From Camelus dromedarius (Eukaryota), in NCBI RefSeq assembly GCF_036321535.1, contig NC_087436.1, forward strand, positions 14,570,001-14,634,000: a stretch of 64,000 bases of DNA. The letters run 5' to 3'. Position numbers and translations under genes: made by a program. Below the pieces are notes generated by a model. The model did not search any database, had not been told where the DNA came from, and saw only the letters and a list, made by a program, of their open reading frames with translations. Of this stretch, positions 1-12,252 are shown one piece after another. Numbering within the stretch: position 1 is the stretch's first letter; the number at the start of each line of letters is the position of its first letter.

Positions 1-700
1 TTGATTATTGAATGTTGAAAACAACACTTTTTCTTGAATCAGAGTTAGTAATACAGCAAATCTTTGTGGAATTCTTCCTCTATTCAACCACTGAGTAAAG
101 AACACAAGATTCTTAAATGTATTATCTTCTATTTGTTTAACAGTTGTGTAAACTAGCTAGGTTTCATATTATTTGCATATACATGCTTATCAATTTTAAC
201 AACTTAATCCATGCCACTTTTCATAGCTTTAAAAAGCTGAGCACAGATATTTTCAGTGTATATCATACAGTGGAACAGAACAATAAGAGAAATACCAATT
301 TCTTATTTAAAAATTTTAGTAAGTGGATTTTTGACCTATCATGGCTGGAGCTGTCTGTTGAGAAAGAAACTGATTTTTTAATATATAGCTGAAATTCTTT
401 GACAAGTGTAAAAGATGGAAAAAATACCTGTGCCACAATTTTGATTTTTAAAGGTACATATTGACATTTCTCCTTAAATTTGCAAGTTTTTTCAAACAAA
501 ACGTGTCTCAAGTTGTAATTTGGTACTATCTCTTGTATCACATGGCTTATCTAAAGCTAAAAGAAAAGTTAATGTCTCAAATTTTGAATCTATTGATTTT
601 TATATTGTTGGAAAGGTCTTCTATATGATGGACAGTTGTTTGGTGGCTTAATTGAAGGCCTTTTACTTTTTGTAAAATATCCTTTTTAGTATTCCCCATA
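1..700 (-). mobile_element. hAT-Charlie (Charlie2/GTF2IRD2-like) transposase remnant
   Basis: Minus-strand conceptual translation gives degenerate hAT catalytic motifs: ALDKPCDTRD (ALDES-like, ~555-525), STDSSSHD (TTDGAPAM-like, ~360-335) and HCMIYTENICAQ (CxxH motif, ~271-238). The frame is broken and the boundaries are approximate. Confidence 0.7.
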
Positions 701-767
701 ATTTTCTAACAGAATATCTATAATTGAAATAATTTCTTTATCATTTCTCCATTTAAATATGGTTCGT

Positions 768-832
768 TCCTCCCTCCCTCCCTCCCTCCCTCCTTTCCTC
801 CTGCTCTCTCCCTCCCTCCCTCCCTTTCTTTT
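768..832. repeat. (CCCT)n / pyrimidine-rich simple repeat
   Basis: Direct reading: cctccctccctccctccctccctcc... Confidence 0.9.
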
Positions 833-1529
833 TGCAGGAATCCTGGCCATTTTATAGCTGACCAGAGTAATATGCTCAGATCCTTTAAAAATCTTTTAAA
901 AATGTTTGTTGGACATTTAATTCTGATATCAGGTGGATAACTTTGTTGCTTCCCTTTTGACTTAGGAAACTTACGAAAACTTACTATGTGTTGAAAATGT
1001 CTCTTAATATTGTCTACTTTTATTTAAAATATTTTTAATGTAAGAAACAGCTTTTTTATTTTGCTGTACCACAGCTGATTGTGATGATTGTTCATGTTAA
1101 AATTTGTGCATTACCTTCTTCCAGTCTTACTTTACTGTCCTGGTGGTAGTACTAATTTCACTGTAACTCCACTTGATTCTGCATGCATAGAATGCCTTTG
1201 TTTTAATTTAGAAATTTTGTTGAAACACCCTCCCCTTTTGTCCTGCCCAAAAAGTTAAAACAACTTAATTCAAAATGTATTACAATTTAAAAATTAAAGT
1301 AAAAATTAAAATGAAAGAGTATCTCCATTTGGTTATCAATTATGATTTACATAGATATCACTGCAATTTGTGTTCTTTGCAAAAAAAGGTTCAGTAAATG
1401 CTTTACACTATTATTATATTGGTGTATAGAAAAAAGTCATTCTAGTTGAATAGTTGATGCTGACTAGACCAAAACAATACATTTTTCTTTTGTATAAAGC
1501 TATTTTACATTGCTTCAGCTTTTAACTTT

Positions 1530-1632
1530 AGATAAAATTAATTGTAATTAAATAAAAATTCAATTCCTCAGTAATGGTAGTCACATTTCAAGTGTTCACT
1601 AGTCACATGCAGCCAATAGCTAATGTATTGGA
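1530..1632 (+). mobile_element. MER3/MER33-like hAT MITE fragment
   Basis: aaaaattcaattcctcagt...agtcacatttcaagtgttcactagtcacatgcagccaatagcta resembles the MER3/MER33 terminus. Confidence 0.7.
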
Positions 1633-1843
1633 AATTAAACTTTGATAGTTGGTTATATACTATGTACTTCCAGGTCTGGAAATTAAAACTTTGAGAGTTG
1701 GTTATATACTTGCTTAAAATATTTTGGTGACTTGAGACCAAAGATTATAGCCTTTTTTTTTTTGATAATGCTAATGTCACAGGAGCTGCTCTAAGAGGAC
1801 TTATGTATGAATCATGAACCCTGGACAGAGCTGCTTAGAACTG

Positions 1844-4168
1844 TAGAAATACTGTATTTTTGTTTTGCATTTTTCTTTATTGTGCTTTACAGATACTGTG
1901 GTTTTTGTTTTTGTTATTTTATTTTTTAACAAATAGAAGGTTTGTGGCAACCCTGCATTAAATCTGTTGGTGCCTTTTTCCAACAGCATTTGCTCACTTC
2001 ATGTCTTTGTGTCACATTTTAGTAATTCTTGGAATATTTCAAACTTTTTCATTATTATTATACTTGTTATGATAATCTGTGATTAGTAATCGTTGATGTT
2101 ACTTTTGCAATTGTTTTGGGACACTGCAAACCATACCCATATAAGATGGCAAACTTAATTGGTAAATGCTCTGTGCTCTGACTGCTCCACCAACTGGTTA
2201 TTCCCCTATCTCTCTCCCTCTCCTCAGACTTCCCTATTCCTTGAGACACAACAACATTATAATCAGGGCAATTAATAACCCTGCAGTGGTCCCAGTGTTG
2301 AAGTGAGAGGAAGAGTTACATGTCTCTTACTTTAAATCAAAAGCTAGAAACAGTAAAGGGTAGTGAGGAAGACAAGCTAAAGCTGAGATAGGCTGAGAAC
2401 TAGGCCTTTTGTGCAAGTTAGCCAAATTGTGAGCAAAGGAAAAGTTCTTGAAGGAAATTAAAAGTGCTACTCTAGTGAATACACAAAAAGTAAGAAAATG
2501 AAACAGGCTTATTGCTGATATGGAGGAAGTTTTAGTGGTCTAGATAGAAGATCTAATAAGCCACAGTTTTCATTTAAGCCAAAGCCTAATCTAGAGAAAG
2601 ACCCTAGTTCTCTTTAAGTCCCTGAAGGCTGAGAGAGGTGGAGAAGCTGCAGAAGAAAAATTTGAAGCCAGCAGAGATTGGCTGATGAGGTTTAAGGAAA
2701 GACACCGTCTCCATAACACAAAAGTACAAGGAGAATCAATAAGTGCTGGTGTAGAAAGTGCAGCAAGTTAGCCTCAGTATCCAGCTAAGAGAATGAATGA
2801 AGGCGTCTACACTAAGTAACAAATTTTCAATGTTGATGAAACAGCCTTATATTGGAAGATGCCATCTAGGACTTTCATCAGGATCTAATAAAGCTTGTGA
2901 CGCTTAAGTTGAAGCCAGTACTTACCATTCTGAAAATCATCAGGCCCTTAAGAATTATGTTCAATCTGCTCTCCTGTGCTCCATTAATGGAACAACAAAG
3001 CCTAGATGAGAGTACAACTATTTACAGCATGGTTCGTTGACTATTTTAAGCTCACTGTTGAGACCTACTGCTCAGAAAAAAAAGATTCCTTTCAAAATAT
3101 TTTTGCTTGTTGACAATGCATCTGGACACCCAGGAGCTCTGATGGAGATGAATGTTATGTGTCTGCTAACACAGCATCCGTTCTGCAGCCCATGGACAGA
3201 GTGATTACAGCTTCCAAGTCTTATTATTTCAGATACATTTTGCAAGGCTACAACTGCCATAAATAGTGATTACTCTGATGGATCTGGGCCAAGTAAAGTG
3301 AAAACCTCCTGGAAAGGATTCCCTATTCTAGATGCCATTAAGAACATTTGTGATTCATGGGAAGAGGTCAAAGTATCAACATTAACAGGAGTTTGAAGGA
3401 AGTTGATTTCAACCCTCATGGATGACTTTGAGGGGTTCAAACCTTCATTGGAGGAAGGAACCGCAGATGTGGTGGAAATAGTAAGAGAACTAGAGTTAGA
3501 AGTGGAGCCTGAAGATGTGACTGAATTAGCTGCAATCTCATGATAAAACTTGAATGGATGAAGAGTTGCTCCTGATGGATGAACAAAGGGATTTCTTGAG
3601 ATGGAATCTACTCCTGGTGAAGATGCTATGAAGATTGTTGAAATGACAACAAAGGATTTAGAATATTACATAAACTTAGTTGATAAAGTAGCAGTAGGGT
3701 TTGAGAGGACTGACTTCAGTTTTGAGAGAAATTTTACTTTGGATAAAGTGCTGTCAAACAGCATTACATGTTACAGAGAAATCATTTGTAAAAGGAAGAG
3801 TCAGTTGATACAGCAAACTTCACTGTTTTATTTTAAGAAATTGCCACAGCCATCCCAGCCTTCAGCAAATACCACCCTGGTCCGTCAGCAGCCATCAACA
3901 TGGAGGCAAGACCCTCCACCAGCGAAAAGATTACAGCTCACTGTCAGCTCAGTGGATGATTAGCATTTTTTAGTGATAAAGTATTTTTTGATTAAGGTAT
4001 GTATTTTTTTTTAGACATAATGCTATTGCACACTTAATAGAGTATAGTATAGTGTAACTATAACTTTATGTGTACTAGGAAACCAAATTCATGTGACTTG
4101 CTTTATTGTGATATTTGCTTTATTGCAGTAGCTAGAATTGAGCCTGCATTATTTCCGAGGTATGCCTG
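1844..4168 (+). mobile_element. Tigger1 (TcMar-Tigger), near full length, transposase disrupted
   Basis: 5' end ...ctttattgtgctttacagatactg...gaaggtttgtggcaaccctgc and 3' TIR ...ccgaggtatgcctg. Fragmented pogo-like motifs are present: SLTLNQKLE, FNVDETA (~2825-2845), LLVDNASGHP (~3103-3132), LQPMD (~3183). ORF 3601-3963 ([29 protein letters not shown]) is the typical Tigger1/TIGD1 C-terminal segment. Confidence 0.93.
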
Positions 4169-4687
4169 CACTTGCATTTTCTTTGTGGCATTCCTCATAG
4201 TCATGCAGAATTAAAAAGAAAAACATTTCAAACATTGTTTATGGATAAAAGGATTTGTAGTAATCAAACATTTGGACACATGTATTATATTTGAAGTCAT
4301 GACTTGCCCCCCATTATTCTTCCAAGTATTCTGCAGGAGTACTTGGGGAGTGGGGACATGTCTGTATTCTAAAACTGATTTCATAATTTCAGTGAAAGAC
4401 CAAATGACAACAAAAAAGGGGGAATTTGTTTAAGTGCTGTCTCACAAAAATTTAAGGACTTTTTTTTTTTTTGAGATCTATAGAGGTCTCATCAGATTTA
4501 CAACAGTTCTTTAAATTAGGCAGTTTAATTTCTGTTGACATGGACTGTGGAAAGATGATAATAGAGCTCAAGTATTTAATATTCTGAGTTTGGGTAAATA
4601 TGAAAATGTTTTATTATGTACACCTCAACTCCTTTGTAGTTTTTAAAGCTAGGAGGGGCCATATCTCAACTAGTTATAACACCAAGT

Positions 4688-4762
4688 TTCTTTTCTTTTT
4701 TCTCTTCTTTTCTTTCTCCTTCCTTCCTTTTTTTTCTTTTCTTTTCTTTCTTTTCTTTCTTT
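4688..4762. repeat. T/C-rich simple repeat
   Basis: Direct reading; explains the F/L-rich ORF 4600-4794. Confidence 0.85.
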
Positions 4763-4964
4763 CACTGTTGTCCTTTGAGCAAGCCAAGCGGTAAGTTCTC
4801 CATGTTTCTCATTTCCCCAAAATAAATAAATGTCAGTGTTTATTCATTCTTGGTCATGATCTGTGAATACAGGGGGATGTCTAAGGACCTGTTTTAAAAA
4901 TAAGAGGAGGAAGCCTATGAATCAAAAAGGAAGTGAAACTTGTCTTAAGAGAATTCATCCACTA

Positions 4965-5228
4965 GATTGTTTTCCAAAATGCATTCTGTAGAAGTAGTCA
5001 CTGGAGACGGTCCTTGAAGAAAGGTTTCTGTGATTAAGTTTGAAGAAACACTGTATACCATAATAGTGGCCTGTTGACAATTCATAATGCGCAATGGTGT
5101 ATTAAAGACTCTGAGGCATCTTAAAAGAAAGAAACTAGCGAAAGCTTGTTTATCTTGTGTTTCTTAAACTTCTTGGACAATAGGATTCCTTTTTTATTTG
5201 TCATACCTGTCTTATGAGAAATGCTGCC
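4965..5228. mobile_element. MER112-like hAT-Charlie MITE
   Basis: aaggtttctgtgattaagtttgaagaaacactg...attaaagactctgag...gagaaatgctg resembles the recalled MER112 consensus. Confidence 0.6.
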
Positions 5229-5639
5229 CTCTAGAGGCATAAACTTTATTGCTCTTGAATTTGAATACCATAATGCTGCTCATTTTAGTGTGTAAAAGCT
5301 GTAACGATAAATACTAATAAATACATAAAATAAAGATAGAAAGATCTTATATTGTCTAATTTTAAGAAAATTTGGGGGAATGTAATAGCAGTGTAATAAG
5401 TGGCCTCCCCTTTTTTTGGACATATGCTGTATTTATGGCCGCTAATAATCTTTGAATACATTTTCTTTATATATGGAATTAAAGGTGCAAGTCAGGTCTC
5501 CAGACACCACGAAGTCTCTCTTGATGGCAGAAGTTGTCTTTCCCTGTCTTCTTTGAAGACCTATAACAATCTTGCTTATGACAGTTACCATCCAGGGGGA
5601 AGCCAGTTTCCTCATACCCCTGTAATCCTCATTGTTTCC

Positions 5640-6500
5640 AGATCTGAAACTAGAGTCAGATTGTAGCCTGCTGTGCTTTTGGGTAGTTAAAATGGGAAGA
5701 AAAGGATTATGTATCAACTTAAAAATTTTTTTGCTAACATGTCAGCCAAAAAACTTCAGGAGTCCTTGTACTCGTGGATTCTGATGATGAGAGGGTAACA
5801 TGCTCTTACATTTGGTCAGTGTATTGGCCTGGTGCAATTACCAGAGATTCTGAATTCGGTATTCTAGCTCAAGGAAACTAAGAGAGGTAATTGCTGCTGT
5901 GATTTGTCTCAGCATTGGCCTACGCTCAATCAAGTTGAATACCTACAAACTCATGTATAATATAGAGGAAGAAGTCAAAAGATTAAGGGACATAGGACTG
6001 ATGGAGTGGATTTTTCATTGTGACCATTCACTCACCTCCTTTATTCTCTCTCCACTGTTATCCACTAAGAGGTCCAGAAGACACTTTACTCAGCAAGGTA
6101 ATGAAAAATACTTTGAGAACAGTGCCCGCATCTATGTAAAGTAGTATAATTGTTGTTGTCTGTAGGTAGGAGACCTACTTACGTTTAATTCTATTGAAAT
6201 TATCTTTCTGATTTCAGATGGAGTCTGAGATGCCTCTAACTTTCATAGGCAAGGTGGGCATTATTTCCATAAGGTCGCATGACCTGCATGATGATCAGAG
6301 ATGCAGTGAATGACCTGAATGCTTCTTTTTGGCCGTGGCTGAATGATCATGAGATCATGGGCAGACCATTAAGATCCAACTTGATCTGTATAACAAAAAT
6401 TTTTGGTTTCACAAGTGAAGGTCTCAGGGTGAGTTGTAGTTCTTCACACAGTTCCTAGACCCAGGTCAGGTCTGTAGAACCTGTTGAATTTTCCTTCTTT
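5640..6500 (+). mobile_element. ERVL-class internal (gag) remnant
   Basis: ORF 5899-6144 contains YNIEEEVKRLRDIGLMEWIFH, similar to ERVL gag (W.NVEEGIQRLREIGMLEWI). Flanking frames give WIL, RDSEF and GPEDT motifs. Multiple frameshifts and stops. Confidence 0.75.
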
Positions 6501-6819
6501 GTGTGTTTATGCATTTAAAAAATATTTTCACTTGTTTTTCCATTTCCACCCCCTTTGCAGTTCAGTCCATAGGTTATGGAGGAAACCAGAAGGGAGGGGG
6601 ACACCACCCAGAAATTCTGATATTGGAGCTGTATGCAGTAACTGATGACACTGATTCTTTTTTCCCTTTGAGGAACAGAGAGAGTTTTATTCGTTGCAAG
6701 GCTTAGTTATAATCTTTCAGGCTTGAAAATCTTCTTTGGAGCTCAAAGTTTGGAGTAAACGTACATGTTGTTCGATAGCCAGGATTTGGTCTTAATTTCA
6801 AATTTTTGGAGAAATTGAT

Positions 6820-7265
6820 GTTAGGAGTTCTGGGGGAGGCAGAGCTCAATTTCCTAATGTCCCTTGCATCTAGGACAGGGACATGTGACCTAGATTCTGT
6901 TGATCAGATGCCTCTGTAAGGAATTCAGAAGAGAGAATTGCAAGGTAACGGCTCTTGCTTGCATTGCTTCTTAATGCAGCTGTTGGGTGTTGAGACGTTG
7001 TGCGATCACAGGTAGCATGGCAGATGTTCCAATGAGCCCTGCGGTCTAGGCCCCCCTGTCATGCACCAATGGCTCAAAGAGTGGGAGTCATTTGGTGGAG
7101 AGACTTAGGTATTTCTCCTGGCTGTGTACCTCCAAGCTGATTCTTTGGCTCTTTGCAGGGAATACTTTGAATTACGTAGTAATGTTGTAATAAATTCCTT
7201 TTCTGATGAAACCACTGGAAATAAGTTCTGTTGTTTGCAGGTAAAAACCCTGATCTACTGATTGT
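6820..7265 (+). mobile_element. LTR33/LTR16-like ERVL LTR
   Basis: cccttgcatctaggacagggacatgtgacctag, and a 3' end aataaattcctttttctg...ttctgttgtttgca...aaccctga typical of LTR33/LTR16. Confidence 0.7.
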
Positions 7266-7379
7266 AAACACTTTATTATCAAAGTATTTTATTTTTTTAA
7301 TTAAGATCCAAAAATTACCATGCACTTACACTCTTATTTTTCCCTAGAAAATAAGATCTCCCTAGAGATCTACCATCTT

Positions 7380-7685
7380 TTTCTATCTAGAATGCCAATT
7401 TTTGTACCTTTTGAATTGCTTTCTGTCTTTCACTACTCAGCTTGAGCTCCAGTGCTGTGGTAAAACCTTCCTTGTACATCCTAGCAGCCTGATGGATCCT
7501 TTTCTTCCTCTGAATTCCAGTAACGCTTGTTTAGGTGTTAAGTGCTAGTTTTTTTTTTTCTTCTTTTTCTTTCTATGTGCATCTTAGCTCTTACACTAAA
7601 TGAAAAGCTTCCTCAGAACTGGTAAAACACCTCTTTCTGTCTCTTGCATTATCTAGCAGAATGCCTTGTACCTATTAGATTCAGG
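7380..7685 (+). mobile_element. L2 3' end fragment
   Basis: tagaatgcc...ctcagcttgagc...aaccttcc...aagcttcctcag...tagcagaatgccttgtac follows the L2 3'-end motif order. Confidence 0.55.
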
Positions 7686-8054
7686 GTTTAACACCGTCAC
7701 TTTCATAATGTGTAGTGATTAGAGTGGCTGAGAATCACAATGATGCCAGGCTGAGTGAGCTGAGATAGTAAACTAGTTAGACTTATTTTATCTTGGTCCT
7801 ACTGAGGCAAAGTAGTTTGGCCATGAGGCCCAATTTCTGTCTTCCTCAAGAGGTCTGAGACTTACCTATCATCCCTGTTTTCATCAGTAGGTGGCCATAT
7901 CTTCTTAATTACCATCTTCAAAATGTTTTATAATTTTTTTGCCTTGACAAAAGCCTTTTGTGTATTTCTCTCCTGTTTCCTAGTTACTTCCATTGTAGTC
8001 TCTGGGATTGCTGTTCATAATCAACACGCTTATTATTTTCAGTCTCTTAACATT

Positions 8055-9585
8055 TTGTTTAAATTATGAAATAATTCAAACATAGAAAAACTTACAGAAA
8101 GTAATACAGCAAACACCTGTGCACTCAGCCTCAAGGTCAAGCATGTTAACTTTTTCCATTGTTTGCGTTTTCTCTTTTAAAATTCTCCCCTCCTCATCCT
8201 TTCCTTCCTCCTGCAGAGGGGCCCATTATCCTGAAGTCTGCTGCACCATTCCTCTGTTCTATAGTACATATAAAACATTTATATAAAAGATGATCTAAAC
8301 AATTTTTATATAACATTGATTTCTAGGTGCATTCGTATTGACACGTGTAGGTCTAATTCATTCTTTTTAACTGTTGTTGAATAAAACTCAGTTTCATACT
8401 GAAAGATAACCAAGTCCTACTTTTTGGCAAATGATATTGTAATGAATAGACTTGTACATGGATACCTGGTCACTGTGTAACTTTATCTAGGATAGATACC
8501 CAGGAGTAGAACTGCTGGATCACAAGATGTAGGTACTACTTTATCTTACCAAGTATTGCCAAATCCAGTCCAAAGATGAGGTACTGCTTTGTACCTGCCA
8601 GCATGTTTTCCCACATCTTACCGACATTTTATTTAATTTAGCTTCTTATTTTTGCCTTTCTGAAAGATAAGAAGTGGAATTTCATAGTTTTCATTTCTGT
8701 TACTTTGATTTCTGGTAAAGTTGAACATCTTTGCATGATTGTCTCCTATTCTGTGAATCTTTTCTCAGTGTCCTTTGCAGTTTTTTAAATTTCTTTTAGG
8801 AATTGGCTTTTATTGATTAGTGGAAATTCTTTTTAAAATCTGGATATTAATGTTTTTGGTAACATGCATTGCAAATATCTTCCTAGTTATAGGTTTAACT
8901 TTGTTTAAAAGTTGTACATTTACTACATGGGTTTATTTTCTAGAGTCTATTCTGTATTGTAGTTTTATTTGTTTTGTCTACTTTAATGTCATCATCACAC
9001 TGTATTAATTACAACAGTTTTGATATGTCTTGATGTCTGGTAAGGTAAATCTCTCTCAGTGAATTTTAGGCCAGTTTGTCAGATTTCACCTCACCTCAAA
9101 GAAAATCCAACAGAAAACAAATCCCAAACCTTGTTTGGTACTGTGATTGGAATTTCATTGAATTTACAGGTGTACAATAAGGATAACTGTCGTCTTATTG
9201 GATGACTGTGGTATGTATCTCTATTTAGATGTTCTTCAATATTTTTCAGTACAGTTGTGTTTTCACAGAAATTTTCTATTAGATTTATTCTTAGGTTCTT
9301 ATGGTTTTTGTTACTATTGTGAACTATAAATTTTTACAAAAATACATTTTGTAAATGGTGGTTACAAACTAGCAACCACCAATAACCAGTTAGTATGGGA
9401 AACAAATTGCTATTGGTACACTGACTTTGTGTTCAGCAACTTTGCTGAGCTCTAATTCTCATGATAGATTCTCTTGGGTGCCCTATGTAGTTAACCAGAT
9501 TATCAAGGAATAATGATGTTTTTCTTGCTCTCCAAGCTTAAGCCTCTTTGTTTTTCTTGTCTTATTGAGCTGTCCAGGACCCATT
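8055..9585 (-). mobile_element. Old L1 (L1ME-like) 3' end/ORF2 fragments
   Basis: Antisense L1 motifs: gatacccaggagtagaactgctggatcac, gattggaatttcattgaatttacag, cagcaactttgctgagctc. Confidence 0.75.
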
Positions 9586-10049
9586 TACTAAAATTATAGT
9601 CCTCTCTGAGTCTTGGCTCTATATATGTGTTAGTGTATGGAAGAGGAAGAGGGATCTGAATTCCAAAGTCTCTCACCAAGGGCCAAAATTCTCACCTACA
9701 ATCCCTACATAAGAGTTAAAGGCCAAATATATAGATTAAGACAAGCAACCCATCCTAGGGCAGATGCATTGTCAACTTATTATTAGTTTTTCTTGTGTTA
9801 CTGGCACTTAAAAGATTTTTCTTTCGTGGTAGCTAAAAGATTTATTTAAATGAATGATTTTGATTTATCCTTTCTGGATAAAGTTTCTGTGGGAAGGCTT
9901 TTCAGGTTATTTAATCTGATACATTTTGGGGACTTAAAAGTATAGCCTATGTTTTATAAATTTCCTTAATTGAAATTTCACTCTATCTGGAGATTCTTTG
10001 TGCCCTGTACCCCTCTCACTTTGGTTTTTAATGTCTTGCAGTATCCTGT

Positions 10050-10118
10050 AGCATTGTGGTTTAGGAGAGCAACCTTTGTTAAATCTCTTGAAACTGCTTT
10101 GAGTTTGTTTCTTTATCT

Positions 10119-10197
<79 letters not shown>

Positions 10198-10330
10198 AAG
10201 TAGTAGTAGAAGTAGTAATAGTAGTAGTAATAGTAGTAGTAATAGAAGTAGCATCTTTTCTTACCTTATAGATTATTTTAAGAATTAAAATAAGTTAATA
10301 CATAAAAAGCATTTAGAACAGTGTCAGTTA
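10050..10330 (+). mobile_element. MIR split by an (AGT)n microsatellite
   Basis: tttctttatctgt [repeat] cttaccttatagattattttaagaattaaaataagttaatacataaaaagcatttagaacagtg matches the MIR core. Confidence 0.7.
10119..10251. repeat. (GTA/TAG)n trinucleotide microsatellite, ~44 units
   Basis: About 26 perfect units to ~10197, then GAA/TAA interruptions. Source of the poly-Leu ORF 9934-10254. Confidence 0.97.
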
Positions 10331-10924
10331 TTGTTCTTAGCTGCCTTTTAGCTATCATCTACTGCCTTCCTGGTAGGTTCTTATTCCTGTAAGACAGTGG
10401 CACATTGCTCCTTATCTCCTTGTACCTTCCAGGTCATACGGTGATTCTGGGTAATTTCAGCATCCACATGGATGATGTACCAACATCCTGAGTCTCATTT
10501 CCCTGACCTCACCAAACCCCAGTGACTTTCTTCTCCAGTCTACCCTATTCCTCACTCTCATGGGAGTCCCATTTAGTAAATCACTAATAAGCACTTTATA
10601 TCTCTTAGGGTTGCTTGATTAGCTGTGTAACTGTTGATTAGCCATTGTACCTATTCTGCCAACTCTTTTCTACTTCTAGTCTTTTGGCTTCTCATTTTTC
10701 CAGTCATTGTATGTCTCCATTTTTCACATTTCTTATTAACTGAGAGTCTTGTCTACTTCTTGTCCATATCCTAAATTTGTTTTACTTGCATATATTTGTC
10801 CCAACTGTCTGGCAAAATCTCAATTCAGAATTATCTGCTTCCTCCATTTGTAAACCATATGAATGTTGTAGTCAAAAATCACCTGAAAGGACATATTTCT
10901 TTCATTATCAATTCATGACCATCA

Positions 10925-11272
10925 TTAAAACCACAGTGAGATGTCACCTCACACCTGTCAGAATGGCTGTCATCAAAAAGACCACAACTAACAATTGTTG
11001 GTGAGGATGTGGAGAAAGAAAACCTTCATAGACTGTTGGTGGGAATGTAAACTGGTACAGCCACTGTGGAAAACAGTACGGAGGTTTCTCAAAAAACTAA
11101 AAATAGAGTTACCATATGACTCAGCAGTTCCACTCCTGGAATCTGAAAAAAAAGAAAACGAATTTGAAAAGATATGTGTACCCCAATGTTCATAGCAGCA
11201 GTATTTACAATTGCCAAAATATGGAAGCAACCTAAATGTCCATCAACAACAGATGACTGGATGAAGAAGATG

Positions 11273-11320
<48 letters not shown>

Positions 11321-11632
11321 AATGTTACATTACTTAGCCATAAAAAGGAATGAAGTCTTGCCATCTGCAGCAACGTGGATGGACTAGTGGTTACCAGTGG
11401 GGAGAGGGAATGAGGAAGGGGCAACATAGGGGTAAGGGATTAAGAAGTATAAACTATTATGTATAAAATAAATTGGCTATGAGGATATGTTGTACAACAC
11501 AGGGAATATGGCCAATATTTTATAATAACTATAAATGGAGTATAACCTTTAAGACTTGTGAATCACTGTTGTGTACCTGTAACTTATATAATATTGTAAG
11601 TCAACTATACTTCAGTTAAAAAAACAAAAAAC
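10925..11632 (+). mobile_element. 5'-truncated L1 (artiodactyl/laurasiatherian type), ORF2 C-terminus + 3' UTR
   Basis: ORF 10995-11195 ([35 protein letters not shown]) is the L1 ORF2 C-terminus. A-rich tail ~11618-11631. Degenerate TSD attcatgaccatca (10911-10924) / attctatgatcatca (11633-11647). Confidence 0.92.
11274..11318. repeat. (TG)n microsatellite within L1
   Basis: About 22 TG units by direct reading. Confidence 0.95.
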
Positions 11633-11689
11633 ATTCTATGATCATCAACCACAGGTGTACCCTACTGCTGTTGAGTTACTGGTTTGCTT

Positions 11690-11810
11690 GTTTTTGTTTT
11701 GCAGAGGGAGGTAATTAGGTTTCCTTTTTTATTTTTTATTTTTGATGGAGATACTGGGGATTGAACCCAGGACCTCATGTGCATGCACTCTACCACTGAG
11801 CTAGACCCTC
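11690..11810 (-). mobile_element. tRNA-Ala-derived camelid SINE (Vic-1 type)
   Basis: Reverse complement gagggtctagctcagtggtagagtgcatgc...gaggtcctgggttcaatccccagtatctcc...aaacctaattacctccc has A and B boxes and a SINE tail. Confidence 0.85.
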
Positions 11811-12179
11811 TTGTTAATGTTACTCTTGTCAACTGGTTTCATAATCACCATAACTGTTTGTCTTCCAGTCTCCTCACACCTCCTCCAGCATGGCCCTTCT
11901 CTTTCTACAGAAGGCATTTCCTGTTACTTTACAGTGAAATAGGAGTACCACATGGCAGCCCTTAGTTGCCCACTATCTTTACTACTTTTTCTTCCTCCTT
12001 AATGTAATATAGAGGCAGTACTGCTTTTTGTCTAAGGCTTTCTCTGTTTCCTACCCTCCCTATGGAGTACTTAGCACTATTATCTCCTCCTTTTGTATAT
12101 TCAGCTTCATTTTTTTTACACTGGATTCTTCTCATCAGTGTTTAAACACAACCAATTCTTACTATTTAAAAAACAAAAC

Positions 12180-12252
12180 AGTGGAATAGCTCAGTGGTAG
12201 AGCGCATGCTTAGCATGCATGAGATCCTAGGTTCAATCCCCAGTACCTCCCT
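12180..12252 (+). mobile_element. tRNA-Ala(AGC)-derived SINE/retrocopy (Vic-1 head)
   Basis: tagctcagtggtagagcgcatgcttagcatgcatgagatcctaggttcaatccccagtacctcc is close to tRNA-Ala-AGC, but the acceptor stem is broken. Flanked by tttaaaaaacaaaaca / tttaaaaacaaagca (TSD-like). Confidence 0.85.

Noticed and set aside
1629..1710. CRISPR-like repeat-spacer
   Set aside because: Only two copies with a 15-nt spacer in mammalian DNA and no cas genes.
3601..3963. 120-aa ORF as TIGD1 or a domesticated transposase
   Set aside because: It is only the C-terminal segment of a Tigger1 copy whose HTH and DDE regions carry stops and frameshifts.
4745..4797. Micro-exon ending GCG|gtaagt after a long pyrimidine tract
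   Set aside because: The nearby acceptors are weak (GAG/AAG) and the pyrimidine tract is a simple repeat; insufficient support.
5899..6144. Domesticated gag gene
   Set aside because: Short, frameshifted, non-ATG start, and surrounded by decayed ERVL sequence.
9934..10254. 106-aa poly-Leu ORF
   Set aside because: It is the reverse frame of the (TAG)n microsatellite inside a MIR, with no gene context.
10988..11427. Overlapping ORFs around the (TG)n repeat
   Set aside because: These are L1 ORF2 C-terminus and antisense frames of the same L1.
12180..12252. Functional tRNA-Ala(AGC) gene
   Set aside because: The acceptor stem has about three mismatches, the flanks are TSD-like, and related SINE copies lie nearby.
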